From positions 1 to 64,000 of IMG/VR virus record IMGVR_UViG_2885358051_000002: DNA of 64,000 nt; one strand, written 5' to 3'. The DNA comes from a virus (Duplodnaviria > Caudoviricetes). The notes below the pieces were generated by a model. That model did no database searches, was not told the origin of the DNA, and was given only the letters and a program-made list of their open reading frames with translations. The translations under genes and the position numbers were made by a program. Numbering within the stretch: the stretch's first letter is position 1; each line of letters starts with the position of its first letter. This document shows positions 8,811 through 19,430 of this stretch, piece by piece.

Positions 8811-10664
8811 TTACGTATTGGAAGTGTTATCAGAGTTCTGAGAAGTAATACCAGATTTGGAGTTATCAAGTGTTGTCATCACCTCCCGTTGAATTTGCCA
8901 TACCAGATGCTTATCCCACTTGTTGAACGAAGACACCACGTTAAGCGTTTTCAGCATGATGTTCTGCGTTGGAGATTTCATCAAAAGGCGGAGCAAGTAA
9001 CGTTCGCGTATGTCCGTTCCACCATTAGAACCTACAAGAGAAAGAGGAGAAGATCCCAACAATCTTGCATCAAGCCCCATCGCCATGAACACCACGGAAG
9101 ATATTTCTGCCGTTTCCTTTTCGTTGGCTTCCGCTGCAGACTTGCTGTTCGCCACGATTTCTACAATCTCGAACGACTTGTGCTCCTTTCCATCTGCACC
9201 CATGAATGTAAACGCCAAGAGCGACTGTCCCGCGTTGCTGCGATTAGACAGCCATCCATTGATTTGCGCAAATAGTTTGTCGCGCAGTTCTTTTTTCTTG
9301 TCGGCATCTGCATTTGCCCCCATCTGCGTAAAGAGTTGCTGCAGGTAGTCGTTGTGCAGATAGATGACACGCCCAATAATACTGGCATTTCTCTTGCGGG
9401 AAAGGCGGTCGGAAATGATAGTAGAAAGATACTCGTAAATGTCACCTCCAAAGATAGAGTGCCATGCTGGAGTAGGGTAGTACGGTCTCCCTGCCGTGGG
9501 ATATACCGACGGCATGACGAAGCGAGTAGGCCGTTTGCTCACACCTACATGATTTTTCCGTGCATTACGTACATGTTCCTCCAAAGAGTCAAGAGGAGAG
9601 TTCATGTTAAGGCATGGCAACGCATATATGAGCGGTTGAGACTCCCCCAAATCAATGAAAGGAGCATCCAGCCAGCGGTTAGAGCAATATACATAATTGA
9701 TACGATTGTGCTTGTCCATTCGCTCTAATCGTGTTGTATGGCAGGTACGGTGAGACAGGCCGACAACCTTGGGGTACCAATTCTCTGTAGCAACCGGTTT
9801 TCCTTCTTTGTCAAGTGCCAGCTGATTCAGTTGCAGCTCAGGGAATGAGATACCAAAAAGTTCCTGGTCGAGAGCAAGGGAAAGCCAAGTCAAAGCAAGG
9901 TTGTTGCGTTCAATAAAGTAGTGAACCTCTGGCTCCGTATTTTCCCATTCTTTCAGCGCATCCTGCAGGGATTTAATTTGTGCTCCGAGTGACTCCTTAA
10001 GGCCATTGAAAACCATATCTGCCTCTGAGGAGATACAAGAAAGTATTGGATTTTCCTTAGATTCGGACAGGTTGGCATCGTCGCTACCGCCACTGTCAGG
10101 ATGAGTAGAAAACGATGCCTTCCTATCCGAGAGGAGTTTCAACAGTTCTCGCTGCTTGTCGATAATCTGTCCACGAAGGAATGTACCCGCATCCTTATAA
10201 CGAATGAATCGTGTGGTGATATTTCCACCCACATATTGTGCTGTATCGTACATTGGTTGTGGCCCGAGACCTGCACAGAGATCCGCATTAAACTTATGTC
10301 CAGACGCCGTATATGGCTGCAAGTACGTAAGGAAAGCCACGAGATTAGGCAAGGAATTACCGAATCCCCACTCCATCCAGCCAAGGCCCTTAGTACCGAT
10401 GTCGTCAGAACCCTGCAAGTTTTCGTTGCCGGATGAAAAATAAAGCGTAGGAATAGACTTACGTTGGGACGAGCCAGATGCGGCAGATCCGGAACGCAGT
10501 TGCGAACCGATAAAATCCGCCCAAGAGATACCTTGAAACTCATTGACATACGTTTGGTCGTTAGGCATCAGGATAGAATAACCTTGTTCGTGAAGTTCAC
10601 GCGCCTTGTCAATCATCTGCGAGGGCTTGATTCGAGAAATGTTATTCAGATTTTTTTTTGCCAT
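8811..10664 (-). CDS. Portal protein
   Basis: 617 aa; WGFGNSLPN, PTAGRPYYPTP and SNGGTDIRERY segments resemble Bacteroidales phage portals; sits behind a late-type promoter. Confidence 0.7.
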   Translation of the reverse strand: MAKKNLNNISRIKPSQMIDKARELHEQGYSILMPNDQTYVNEFQGISWADFIGSQLRSGSAASGSSQRKSIPTLYFSSGNENLQGSDDIGTKGLGWMEWGFGNSLPNLVAFLTYLQPYTASGHKFNADLCAGLGPQPMYDTAQYVGGNITTRFIRYKDAGTFLRGQIIDKQRELLKLLSDRKASFSTHPDSGGSDDANLSESKENPILSCISSEADMVFNGLKESLGAQIKSLQDALKEWENTEPEVHYFIERNNLALTWLSLALDQELFGISFPELQLNQLALDKEGKPVATENWYPKVVGLSHRTCHTTRLERMDKHNRINYVYCSNRWLDAPFIDLGESQPLIYALPCLNMNSPLDSLEEHVRNARKNHVGVSKRPTRFVMPSVYPTAGRPYYPTPAWHSIFGGDIYEYLSTIISDRLSRKRNASIIGRVIYLHNDYLQQLFTQMGANADADKKKELRDKLFAQINGWLSNRSNAGQSLLAFTFMGADGKEHKSFEIVEIVANSKSAAEANEKETAEISSVVFMAMGLDARLLGSSPLSLVGSNGGTDIRERYLLRLLMKSPTQNIMLKTLNVVSSFNKWDKHLVWQIQREVMTTLDNSKSGITSQNSDNTSNT

Positions 10665-10688
10665 TATTCACTTCAATTATTGATGTTA

Positions 10689-10724
10689 CAAAGATACAAT
10701 CTCTGTCATACGTGAACGGGACAA
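10689..10724 (-). promoter_or_regulatory. Late-type promoter TTGTCCC-N21-TATCTTTG (portal operon)
   Basis: + strand CAAAGATA 10689-10696, 21-nt spacer, GGGACAA 10718-10724. Confidence 0.7.
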
Positions 10725-10732
10725 CCCCATTA

Positions 10733-11437
10733 CTATAGTGCGTCTATATACTTTCGTATGCCATCGACATGCAAATTCTCAATAGCCTCCTTCCCCTCAT
10801 TTGAAAGAAGAAAATCTACATCCGCCTTGCTATCCTGAAAGAGATTTTCCGTCAAAACGGCAGGGCAAGCCGTGTGTGCAAGGACATAGAAATCAACCTC
10901 CTTGTCGCGGTCTCCATCCGTTGTATCTGTACGGAAAGGCTTTTGCGCCTTGGAATACATGCCCAACTTCTTCCGTTCTTCCATATAGGCAGCATAACTT
11001 TTGAGATGGACTTCGGCAGCATCGTAGAGACATTCAGCGAGTGTATCGGCTTTCGTCTTACCTTTTGATGTGTAAGCCGTCCAACCACCAGCATTCATCC
11101 ATTGAGACCCACTACCTGCAGCATCAACATGTAAAGAGACATAGATACAGTTAGAGTTTCCGTAGCGTTTGCAGAGGTCATTTACCACCTTGCAGCGGTA
11201 TTGCAACTCCCGTGACTGCTCCGTTTTTGGTGATGAGGACTTGATAGACGCATTTGGATGTGAATCTACCATGTCTATTACTACATTGTAGCCAAGTTTT
11301 TTTAGTTTGCCCGCGATGCCATTGATTCGAGAGCGAGAATACTGATATTCGCACAGTGACTTGTCGGGCGAGCACTTGCCTGGAGTAGTGGCGAGGTGTG
11401 CCGTGCCAAGGATGATAAGGAAGTTTTGTTTCGTCAT
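10733..11437 (-). CDS. Endolysin, N-acetylmuramoyl-L-alanine amidase (Amidase_3 type)
   Basis: IILGTAH, YVSLHVDA and VLTENLF zinc-amidase motifs. Confidence 0.9.
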   Translation of the reverse strand: MTKQNFLIILGTAHLATTPGKCSPDKSLCEYQYSRSRINGIAGKLKKLGYNVVIDMVDSHPNASIKSSSPKTEQSRELQYRCKVVNDLCKRYGNSNCIYVSLHVDAAGSGSQWMNAGGWTAYTSKGKTKADTLAECLYDAAEVHLKSYAAYMEERKKLGMYSKAQKPFRTDTTDGDRDKEVDFYVLAHTACPAVLTENLFQDSKADVDFLLSNEGKEAIENLHVDGIRKYIDAL

Positions 11438-11454
11438 AAGATATAAGTATTGAA

Positions 11455-14400
11455 TTATAAATTACCAGGAATAAGCAATTTGCCATCAGGAAGAATTTTA
11501 TAGACATCGGTGCTACTTACATGTGAGCGAATACCAAGCACCCCTCTTTGTCCGATTAAGGTCCATCTGACATTATCAGAAGAACCGTATGCCTTAATAG
11601 CTTGAATGGTAATCGTTTCAAGACCATCCAAAGAATGAAATGCACCTACAGACATACCAGAAGCCATCACATTTTCATTGGTAGATCCCGTATAATATGC
11701 CATGAAAATACCATCAGAGGCCTCATACGCAAGCACACCATTAGACATGAAAACGAAGGTAAGCGTAATTCCCTCGTATGCCGATGGTTCAGGAAGATAT
11801 ACAGTTGCCCCAGAAGGAACAACATACGAATTACCGATATTCGTGACAAGATCTACCATCTTTTTGCCATTGACCGTTACATATCCACCTTCAACCGTAT
11901 AGATAGCCTTTGTACGAATAATGCCTTTTGCATCAATTTCTCCAGTAGTACCATCAATACTTATTGTGATATTTCCATTCGCATCACGCGCTTTTGCGTA
12001 GTTCAGCAAGAGGTTCTTAATGAATCCCTCTTTGGCAAGCAGCAAGTCCGTTGCTGTGAATGACAACCTATTCGATTTCTCCCAATGTTCCGTATCAAGA
12101 TAAGGCTGCGTAGAAGATATATATCCTGCAGCAGCAGTACGCCTTTTCAGGCGAAAAAATGCTGTTCCACCAGTAGTAGATGCTGTAGCAATCACCACGT
12201 CACGTACCCCCTCGCAGAAGTAATAAGGTGTGTTTGCCTTCCATTCCCCTCGTGGATTGTTGCTACATTCCGTATCAGCATCATATTCGTGCTCGCACCA
12301 CGCTGTAGGCATAGGAGCTTTTTCCAGTTTCGGCTGGCAGATTTCAACATAAGTGTTGAAGATGCGGAATAGAAGCATTTGTGTGACCTCTGTGATAGCC
12401 GACTTCGTTTTGAATGTAACATAGTGAAAAGTCCATCCCCCCGAGTCCGCGTTGGGCTCATCTTCCGGAGAAGTCCAAGATACATTACCATCCGAACCAA
12501 GTCCATTCTTCACCAATCCGTCCACAAAGTAAGTAGAGCCGCCAATCAAAGCAGATGGAAACAGATAAGTAGAAAACTGAGAACCATTATCTATAGAAAT
12601 GACACGAAACCAATTGATGGTAACAGTTTCTCCATCGTTGCCACCTACACCAGAACTTTTATACGCATAGAAAGAGATATGATAAATTCCTGCCACCGTG
12701 ACATTCAGTGTACCGGAAATTGCAGTAGTGTCCTCTTTAGAAGACACTATTGCCGCTACACTTGCGTTCCATCCAGTGCCCGGTGATGGGAAATATCCAT
12801 GCAGATAACCACGTAAGGCTACAGGAGATGTTGATTCCATAGCAGCTGACGAGCAGTGACCATTGATTTGCAGTTTATATTTCCCCGCTTTGAGATAAAT
12901 CTCGTGAATGGCGAATCCGTACTGCTTTGACGTTTGATTTACCATGCGCCTTGTCCGCGAGAAAAAAGACAGCGTGTACCATTCATTCGGTTGGATTTTG
13001 GCGAAAACACCAGGGACATAAAGTCGCTGTCTCAGCATCTCCTTGTAAGTGGAGCTATTTGGCCAACATCCGAACGCATTGTACGAACCACGTGCCTGTG
13101 GAATCACCTCATCAGCCTTGACCTCCCATTTATCCATTACATTTTCAGAATCGAAAGCCGATTGTTCAAGAAGGTTCGGTTGCATGGAAAGATTGTATGT
13201 ATCAAGAAGACGCAGTACATTCTTATTAAGTGATGTCGTATCAGAATACTCTATATGTTCACACTCCCACAAATATGGATTAGACTGTGTAGCAGCCGTC
13301 GGGCATCCCGTTGTCCCACGCTTATACCATCCGTTTGCCGTTGTCAATGACGTGGTAGAAGGCGGTTCAATGGTAGGAGTCAGTTTGCAATAGAAATCAT
13401 CCACCTTGATTCCGTTGCCCGTAGCTGCTGCTATACGAATGGGCAACGTCTCACGGTCAATTATATTCTCATCTGCTATGGAAGCCATAGTAGTAGCGGA
13501 AGAAAGGATGAACTCGTATGCCGCATAAGGTGTAGTGTTCGGTATAACCAGCGCATAGTTATTTGCAGCAAGAAGATCCTTCATCCATGCCCACGATCCA
13601 TAAGTACCAGTTTTACTAACAGGACGAAAAAATATGTTGTAAGGCGCTCCACCCTGATACCACAGATTATTTACATTCGTACCCGGGTAAGATGTGAAAC
13701 CTGCACCATCTTTTTTAGTATATCCACAATTTATTTTCACCGAAGCAGGTGTGAGCGCATTGGTGTTCGAGCGTGAAAATGCCGCCTCTGTCTGCGAAAG
13801 TAGAAGTTGATATACGGGAACTGGTTTGCCATTTTCTCCAGGGAAGACAGGTTTAAGCGTAAAGACAGCAGTCCGAGAGCCATAAGTAGCGTGGGACACC
13901 TGGATGGTAATACGCACCACTCCGCTTTTCGTCCAAGTTCCAGATGAAGATGATACTATGAGCGTACCACCGACAATTTTGTTTTCGGTATTCACATTGG
14001 TAGAAATAAGTCCGGCTGCATTCCCCGTAATCTCCGTTATGGTAAACACGGCTCCAGCAGCCTCCGTGACCTGCGTAGAACCATAGAAAGCCTTAGCATT
14101 GATTGTCCATGATTGCGACGCAGAAGCAATACCCGAAGCCAACACCGATACGGCATCCATCTCATTATCGAGGTCAAGCACAAATGCGGATGAACCGGAA
14201 TCTCCTTTTGACCCATCCGCAATGACAGGAACAGTCTCACGGTCTATAAGTCCCGTTATGTTAGCATCATCGCTATTCGTGTTGTTGATATAGGAAGAAG
14301 TATTTTTACATAAAATAAATTGAAGTTTATCATAAGTCTTTACGTTAAATGAAGTTAGCAGAGATTTGTATGAAGTATATGAATAATAAAGGGACTGCCA

Positions 14401-15768
14401 ATTATTAGAAGAACGAGAATGTCTCCTGAAATAAATACGATACCCATCTATTGGTGATGTAAAATCTTCCACAACAGAAATGTTTGCACCATCCATCTTT
14501 TTATATCCACATAGTATGGAGATAGACGAAGGAGTTATATCCCCCGTATCAGGATTACGCTGTACGTTAATTGCAGAAAGAGAAGGAATCAGCGCATACA
14601 CCACCGGAGACACACCCGGTTGTCCTGAGCGTACTACAGATGCCGTGTAAGTAGCATTGTATGTATTCCCCTCGTAAATCACAGGTATAGAAACGGCATA
14701 TTTGTTTGCTGAAAATACCGTATTAGCAGGAAGCAGCCACTTTATGTTTATCACCCCAGACGATACGATTATTGTAGGAATCTGAGATGCCAGTCTTATG
14801 GAAGATGCAGCCGGTGCCGTAATGCCAGATGTAATAAGTGAGCCACCTTTGTAGATCCGTACATTCGTTTCGAGGACGAGTGCCGAAAGTAGTTTGCCAG
14901 TACTATCTGTAGGTATGGCATCTTTTTCGTTGTCGAGGTCAATAGAGATGGCAGACTGGCCATCTGTGCCCCATACGGTAGGACCATCCACCACATAGGT
15001 AGTGTCCGTCACTCCGTTACCATCCACATAGACAGTGCGCGTACAACGCCATAGATATTTTTTTTCCGAAGAGTAACCCGCAGAAGTCAATGCGTTCCAT
15101 GTATTCCACTCGCTATCCGATACAGGAGCAGCTGGCGCAATGCCATCCGCATTCGCCTTGAAACGAACATCCTGAGACTGAATACCCCGACCGGCAAGGC
15201 CTTCTGCGCCTTCGGCTATGACACGAATATCATGGCGCTCAATGTTCACCGAACCATATTTCAGTATAAAAGAAATTACGGAACAGTTGGCAGTAGAAAC
15301 CAAAGAGCCGAGTGCATAGGAAGAAGATGTGCTATCTTTGATAACCGTTATAGAATAACCGGCAGGAATCGTGGACTGATTTGTGGCCGTTCCATCCGCT
15401 TCACGCTTGATTAGCGAACAAGATACAGAAGCAGGAGAGAGCGATCCATCTTCTGCTTTCAGGATAGACGAAGCTGATGGCACAAGGTCGTAGTCAATGC
15501 CATTCTTTCCGAGAGAACCGCCGAACTCGATGACAGGAGCCAACGAAGTTCCATCCGTAAGAAATGTGATAGATTTGTGCCAAAGATAGGGTAGGGCGGA
15601 TGTCGGCATTACGGCTGTGCCCCCGACAGGCACATACTGCCAGCGCGAATCATTGGCAGAGGGTGTCTTTCCAGTAGCCTCGATAAGATAATAGTTATCC
15701 GTATGAGAAACGGAGACAACGGGTTTCTCTGCAGAGATTGCGAAAGTTTGAGATATGACAGTTTGCAT
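11455..15768 (-). CDS. Long tail fibre with internally repeated domains (1437 aa)
   Basis: Repeated modules: PYLW/KYLW x3, IDLDNE/LDLDNE x2, CGYKKMDG/CGYTKKDG, IDRETVP/IDRETLP; located in the tail region. Confidence 0.75.
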   Translation of the reverse strand: MQTVISQTFAISAEKPVVSVSHTDNYYLIEATGKTPSANDSRWQYVPVGGTAVMPTSALPYLWHKSITFLTDGTSLAPVIEFGGSLGKNGIDYDLVPSASSILKAEDGSLSPASVSCSLIKREADGTATNQSTIPAGYSITVIKDSTSSSYALGSLVSTANCSVISFILKYGSVNIERHDIRVIAEGAEGLAGRGIQSQDVRFKANADGIAPAAPVSDSEWNTWNALTSAGYSSEKKYLWRCTRTVYVDGNGVTDTTYVVDGPTVWGTDGQSAISIDLDNEKDAIPTDSTGKLLSALVLETNVRIYKGGSLITSGITAPAASSIRLASQIPTIIVSSGVINIKWLLPANTVFSANKYAVSIPVIYEGNTYNATYTASVVRSGQPGVSPVVYALIPSLSAINVQRNPDTGDITPSSISILCGYKKMDGANISVVEDFTSPIDGYRIYFRRHSRSSNNWQSLYYSYTSYKSLLTSFNVKTYDKLQFILCKNTSSYINNTNSDDANITGLIDRETVPVIADGSKGDSGSSAFVLDLDNEMDAVSVLASGIASASQSWTINAKAFYGSTQVTEAAGAVFTITEITGNAAGLISTNVNTENKIVGGTLIVSSSSGTWTKSGVVRITIQVSHATYGSRTAVFTLKPVFPGENGKPVPVYQLLLSQTEAAFSRSNTNALTPASVKINCGYTKKDGAGFTSYPGTNVNNLWYQGGAPYNIFFRPVSKTGTYGSWAWMKDLLAANNYALVIPNTTPYAAYEFILSSATTMASIADENIIDRETLPIRIAAATGNGIKVDDFYCKLTPTIEPPSTTSLTTANGWYKRGTTGCPTAATQSNPYLWECEHIEYSDTTSLNKNVLRLLDTYNLSMQPNLLEQSAFDSENVMDKWEVKADEVIPQARGSYNAFGCWPNSSTYKEMLRQRLYVPGVFAKIQPNEWYTLSFFSRTRRMVNQTSKQYGFAIHEIYLKAGKYKLQINGHCSSAAMESTSPVALRGYLHGYFPSPGTGWNASVAAIVSSKEDTTAISGTLNVTVAGIYHISFYAYKSSGVGGNDGETVTINWFRVISIDNGSQFSTYLFPSALIGGSTYFVDGLVKNGLGSDGNVSWTSPEDEPNADSGGWTFHYVTFKTKSAITEVTQMLLFRIFNTYVEICQPKLEKAPMPTAWCEHEYDADTECSNNPRGEWKANTPYYFCEGVRDVVIATASTTGGTAFFRLKRRTAAAGYISSTQPYLDTEHWEKSNRLSFTATDLLLAKEGFIKNLLLNYAKARDANGNITISIDGTTGEIDAKGIIRTKAIYTVEGGYVTVNGKKMVDLVTNIGNSYVVPSGATVYLPEPSAYEGITLTFVFMSNGVLAYEASDGIFMAYYTGSTNENVMASGMSVGAFHSLDGLETITIQAIKAYGSSDNVRWTLIGQRGVLGIRSHVSSTDVYKILPDGKLLIPGNL

Positions 15769-15792
15769 GGAGGGAACTCATTTATTTTTGAG

Positions 15793-15830
15793 CAAAGATA
15801 AGGATATGAAGTAAGGAACAAGGGACAAAA
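15793..15830 (-). promoter_or_regulatory. Late-type promoter (tail fibre/endolysin operon)
   Basis: + strand CAAAGATA 15793-15800, 21 nt, GGGACAAAA 15822-15830. Confidence 0.7.
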
Positions 15831-15854
15831 ATCCCCGAAGTAAGACTTCGGGGA
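15827..15854 (-). terminator. Probable intrinsic terminator
   Basis: ATCCCCGAAG/CTTCGGGAT stem (one bulge) followed on the minus strand by TTTTT. Confidence 0.55.
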
Positions 15855-15882
15855 TAAAGGTTGTCAGGTCTATGACATCAAT

Positions 15883-16971
15883 TCAGGAAGCTGTCACGAT
15901 GCCAAAGATTTTGTAGCCGTGATTGGCTATGAAATCATAGCTAATAGTAACAGTCCCCTTATTTGAAGAAGTGGTCATAATTGGCACAGACCCGGTTATT
16001 TCCTTTTGCTGGCCATCGAAAAACTGTACAGAGAAATTCGTATAGTTGCTATTGATGGCCGTAGAGTCCGCCATGGTCGCCACCCATGCCGTTACCTCAC
16101 AGGACTCTCCTTGATAAAGTTGTCCGGAGAAATCCGCATTTCCGTTGTTAAGAGAAACGTAGAGATATTCCGGATCCTGCGTATCATCAATGGAAGCAAA
16201 CGCCGTAGCAACCCGGTTTGTATGGTTCGCATCGAGGAAGAAATCACAGCGTATGATGATATTATCCGTTACATCCGCTTCCGATACCGTGAGCGACTTG
16301 GCATCCTTAGCTGCCGTTATCTCCTGACCAGTTCCCGCATTATACCATTGTGTGAACAGCGATGTAACAGCAGAACCGTCTTCTCCAAAGAGAGAAGCGT
16401 TAATGGTTACAGTTTGTCCCTTGGAAGATATAATCGCTGATTCAGGAGAGAGCAATCCGAGATAACCCTGCGTTGTCATCTGAGCAATCTTCACATCCAC
16501 TTGCGTAGCAAACGGAGCCTGTTTCCCTGCAACCTCCACAGCTCCTTGGAATCCGATGGTGTCGAGGTCGATATTCGATGCAGAAGCAAGGTTGGAGATG
16601 ATGGTCAGTTTCGGAACAAGATAAGAAGACCCGTTAAGAGACACAGTAATTGTCCCCGTCTCAAAAAGCGGATCGCCACTTGCATCCAAAAAGTTCGTGG
16701 AAAGGTTGTTTGCATCGAATTGAATAGTAATGTCGTTATAGATCCATTCCGCATTGTTGATTTGTGCGGCCGTGAGATAAGAAATCCCACGGCGGATAAC
16801 CGGATAAATAACAGGTCGCAAGGACGCATCATTCTTCCAGTCAGGTATGCACTTCTGCGTATTCGCATTGTAGTTTTGCGACAGTGACCCCTGCACACGC
16901 AACGACCCCTGCACCGTGATGCCCTCTTGTAGGGCCGTCAGACAGAAATGGTTAGAAATCGTATTAGCCAT
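15883..16971 (-). CDS. Tail-associated protein (362 aa)
   Basis: Beta-rich, Ig-like composition; lies in the tail fibre region. Confidence 0.5.
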   Translation of the reverse strand: MANTISNHFCLTALQEGITVQGSLRVQGSLSQNYNANTQKCIPDWKNDASLRPVIYPVIRRGISYLTAAQINNAEWIYNDITIQFDANNLSTNFLDASGDPLFETGTITVSLNGSSYLVPKLTIISNLASASNIDLDTIGFQGAVEVAGKQAPFATQVDVKIAQMTTQGYLGLLSPESAIISSKGQTVTINASLFGEDGSAVTSLFTQWYNAGTGQEITAAKDAKSLTVSEADVTDNIIIRCDFFLDANHTNRVATAFASIDDTQDPEYLYVSLNNGNADFSGQLYQGESCEVTAWVATMADSTAINSNYTNFSVQFFDGQQKEITGSVPIMTTSSNKGTVTISYDFIANHGYKIFGIVTAS

Positions 16972-16974
16972 GAC

Positions 16975-17331
16975 TTACACATTTAGCGATTCCACGAAGT
17001 CGTTGTAGTTCATAAATTCCTTAAACTGCGGAGAATCGGAAAGTTTTAACTCCTTTATAACCTCTGCCAAAGTCTTACGGAGCATTTTGTGCTCCTCATC
17101 GCGCGGATAGCGTTGCGTGACGATCTCATCTTTCACTCCGTCAGGAAAACGAGCATCCGACACCTCATACACATCGTAAGTGTATTGATTTACCATCTCC
17201 TCACCATCCTCATCAGCATTGAGGGTAGGCACCTGTTCAACTTGTTCGTTCGTGTAAAAAAGTCCACGGTTGGAGCCCGTCAGTTTTTCGAGTCCGAGGG
17301 CATGAGGATGAAAATCTGTAATCTGATACAT
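16975..17331 (-). CDS. Hypothetical protein (possible tail fibre assembly factor)
   Basis: 118-aa acidic ORF between the DGR and tail fibre genes. Confidence 0.5.
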   Translation of the reverse strand: MYQITDFHPHALGLEKLTGSNRGLFYTNEQVEQVPTLNADEDGEEMVNQYTYDVYEVSDARFPDGVKDEIVTQRYPRDEEHKMLRKTLAEVIKELKLSDSPQFKEFMNYNDFVESLNV

Positions 17332-17351
17332 AAGCGTAAAAATATAAGTTG

Positions 17352-17723
17352 TTAATAATTTATAGCAAACTCACGGCGGATGCGTTCCTCTTCCTCTTCG
17401 AGCGTATATACCGTACCCTCGAAATAAAGTCCACGCCAGTCCTTCTGGATTATCTTGTCACGCATAGGCAGCGCCGCCGTGCGCAGTTCCTGCACGAGTA
17501 ATTGTGCACTTGTAGAGTAACGAACCAGACCTTCTCCTTCCACTACTGCTTGGACGTCGAAGTACGGTTGTTTAGTATCTGTCCTTTTAGACGGCCTTTC
17601 CTCCTTGTCCACAATTGTCTGGAGTTTTCCTATAAGCATATCCGCCTTAAACTTTTTACCCGCAAACCGCGTAGGTTGTTTTTGCATATTGATGATGTTT
17701 TTTGTAGTTATCGAATTTTTCAA
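17352..17723 (-). CDS. Hypothetical protein overlapping the RT 3' end
   Basis: 123-aa ORF, probable start ATG 17687 (MQKQ), overlapping the RT stop. Confidence 0.55.
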   Translation of the reverse strand: MKNSITTKNIINMQKQPTRFAGKKFKADMLIGKLQTIVDKEERPSKRTDTKQPYFDVQAVVEGEGLVRYSTSAQLLVQELRTAALPMRDKIIQKDWRGLYFEGTVYTLEEEEERIRREFAINY

Positions 17724-18669
17724 CTTTCTTTCTCAGATTTCTTGCATTACAAACCTGTAATATGCCGTTGTAACTGGCGAGAGAACGTGCCTTGTGGCGT
17801 GTGCGAACATATTTCTTCTTCGTATTGGATAGCATGAACACTTTTCCGTTGGGATGAAACACCAATCCACAGAATCGAAACGGAGCCTTATCAATACGTC
17901 TTATCTGATACGGTTTGAAATGCAGCCGGAGTTTTGTAGCAGCAAAACGACTCCCTTCCTTTGCAATTCGTGCAGCCTCCCACTCTGTTGGTGCCACGGC
18001 CCAAATGTCATCCGCATAGTTTACAACAATAGCTCCTCGTTCCTTGAGGAAACGAACCAACGGAGCTATCATCAGCGAAGCGATAAGATGCGAGATTGGG
18101 TCTCCGATTGCCAGTTTACTCTGTTTCATAATATGATTTCTCAAGAGGGATAATACCACTTTGTCAGAGATGATATGTTCCAGCCGTTTCATCACAAGCA
18201 CATTGTGTATGTTATCATAAAATTTGCGTATGTCTCCCTGCCACATATACATTGCCTGAGACGAACGCATAATGCGCTGCACCTTGCGGACGACCGACCA
18301 TCGAGAATCAGAAGCCGTCACACCCCGATAGGGCAATCCAGCACACATGTCATCCGTTGCCTGATTGATGATAAGCGGTTCAACGGCACCTTTGTATAAG
18401 TTCTGGACACAACGGTCTTTATAAGGAAGAACGGAAATATCCCGTTCCTTTTTCTTGTCGTGAAGTTTGAAATGCCGATACTCCCCTACGCGATATTTCC
18501 CAGAAATGATGTCTGCCATTACCTGCTTAGAAAATCCATCGACATCCTGCATTACATCCGCTACCTCCGGTTTCTGCCGTTGTTTCGCCGACTTTCCCTC
18601 ATAGGAAGTATAACAAGCATCGTAAAGATTGCTGGCGTTGTAGATATATGCACGAGTACTTTTTCGCAT
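17656..18669 (-). CDS. DGR reverse transcriptase
   Basis: KERDISVLPYKDRCVQ, GDIRKFYDNI, LAIGDPISH and NYADD motifs; 337 aa; adjacent to a TR/VR pair. Confidence 0.93.
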   Translation of the reverse strand: MRKSTRAYIYNASNLYDACYTSYEGKSAKQRQKPEVADVMQDVDGFSKQVMADIISGKYRVGEYRHFKLHDKKKERDISVLPYKDRCVQNLYKGAVEPLIINQATDDMCAGLPYRGVTASDSRWSVVRKVQRIMRSSQAMYMWQGDIRKFYDNIHNVLVMKRLEHIISDKVVLSLLRNHIMKQSKLAIGDPISHLIASLMIAPLVRFLKERGAIVVNYADDIWAVAPTEWEAARIAKEGSRFAATKLRLHFKPYQIRRIDKAPFRFCGLVFHPNGKVFMLSNTKKKYVRTRHKARSLASYNGILQVCNARNLRKKVEKFDNYKKHHQYAKTTYAVCG

Positions 18670-19030
18670 TGTTTTCTTGTTATTTCCCCCAGGATTCCCG
18701 GATTGTCTGAAAACATTATGCTGTTTCGGACTTTCCGGGTTCTCCTTTTGGGCATTATTATTTATATATTGATGATAAAATCACCTGTGTGCGCCGATTG
18801 CGGAGTTCTTGACTATCCCCGCGTCCTACAGCCGCTTTTACTGCGCTGTCTGACAGGATTCTTGCTCCCACTGTAAGAATTGTTTGCTCCTTTGTATGAG
18901 CTGGCTCTGCAACTGCCTTGCTCCGAGTGAACCGGTGTATAAACACAGAGACACAGTGAGAAAGGGCTTATATGATAGGCTGAAACATGTAGTAAAGCTA
19001 CACGAAACAGTTGCTATTGGCGCTGGGTTA

Positions 19031-19144
19031 CGAAACCGATGTTCGAGTTCGAGTTCGAGGGCGAATTGTTAGCGTTCATCGTAAACGGAGACAAATTCGT
19101 GTTGTTAGCGTTGTTGCCACGCCGAAAACCACGGACAGAACGGG
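19031..19144 (-). repeat. DGR template repeat (TR)
   Basis: Minus-strand frame reads RSVRGFRRGNNANNTNLSPFTMNANNSPSNSNSNIGF with 11 AAC/AAT codons; aligns ungapped to VR 19483-19596. Confidence 0.97.
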
Positions 19145-19407
19145 ACATTGCAGCCGCCATATTAGCGAGGAAATCTCGCTTCAACCCTCACACAGCGCCG
19201 TTACTATCGCTTCACGGGGTTGTTGCGCTGTGCATAGGATTTTTTGCCATTCGGCCCAAGAGCGGAGTTTTTCACCCTATTCTTCGTCCGCTCTTCAGCT
19301 ATTCAGATGCGCGGCGGCATTAACGCCGCGCATAATACCTTTCAAAGATCCCACTACTGCAGGAGTGGGGCGGGCAAGCCCGCCGTTTCCGTTTTCGCTA
19401 TCGCGAT

Positions 19408-19430
19408 GTGCGTGGGTAATTCCCACGCAC
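19408..19430 (-). promoter_or_regulatory. DGR cis-acting hairpin downstream of VR
   Basis: GTGCGTGGG/CCCACGCAC 9-bp stem with 5-nt loop, 2 nt past the target stop codon. Confidence 0.7.

Noticed and set aside
17352-17723. Calling this ORF avd
   Set aside because: Its pattern looks mixed alpha/beta, not a four-helix Avd, and it lies downstream of RT; left as hypothetical.
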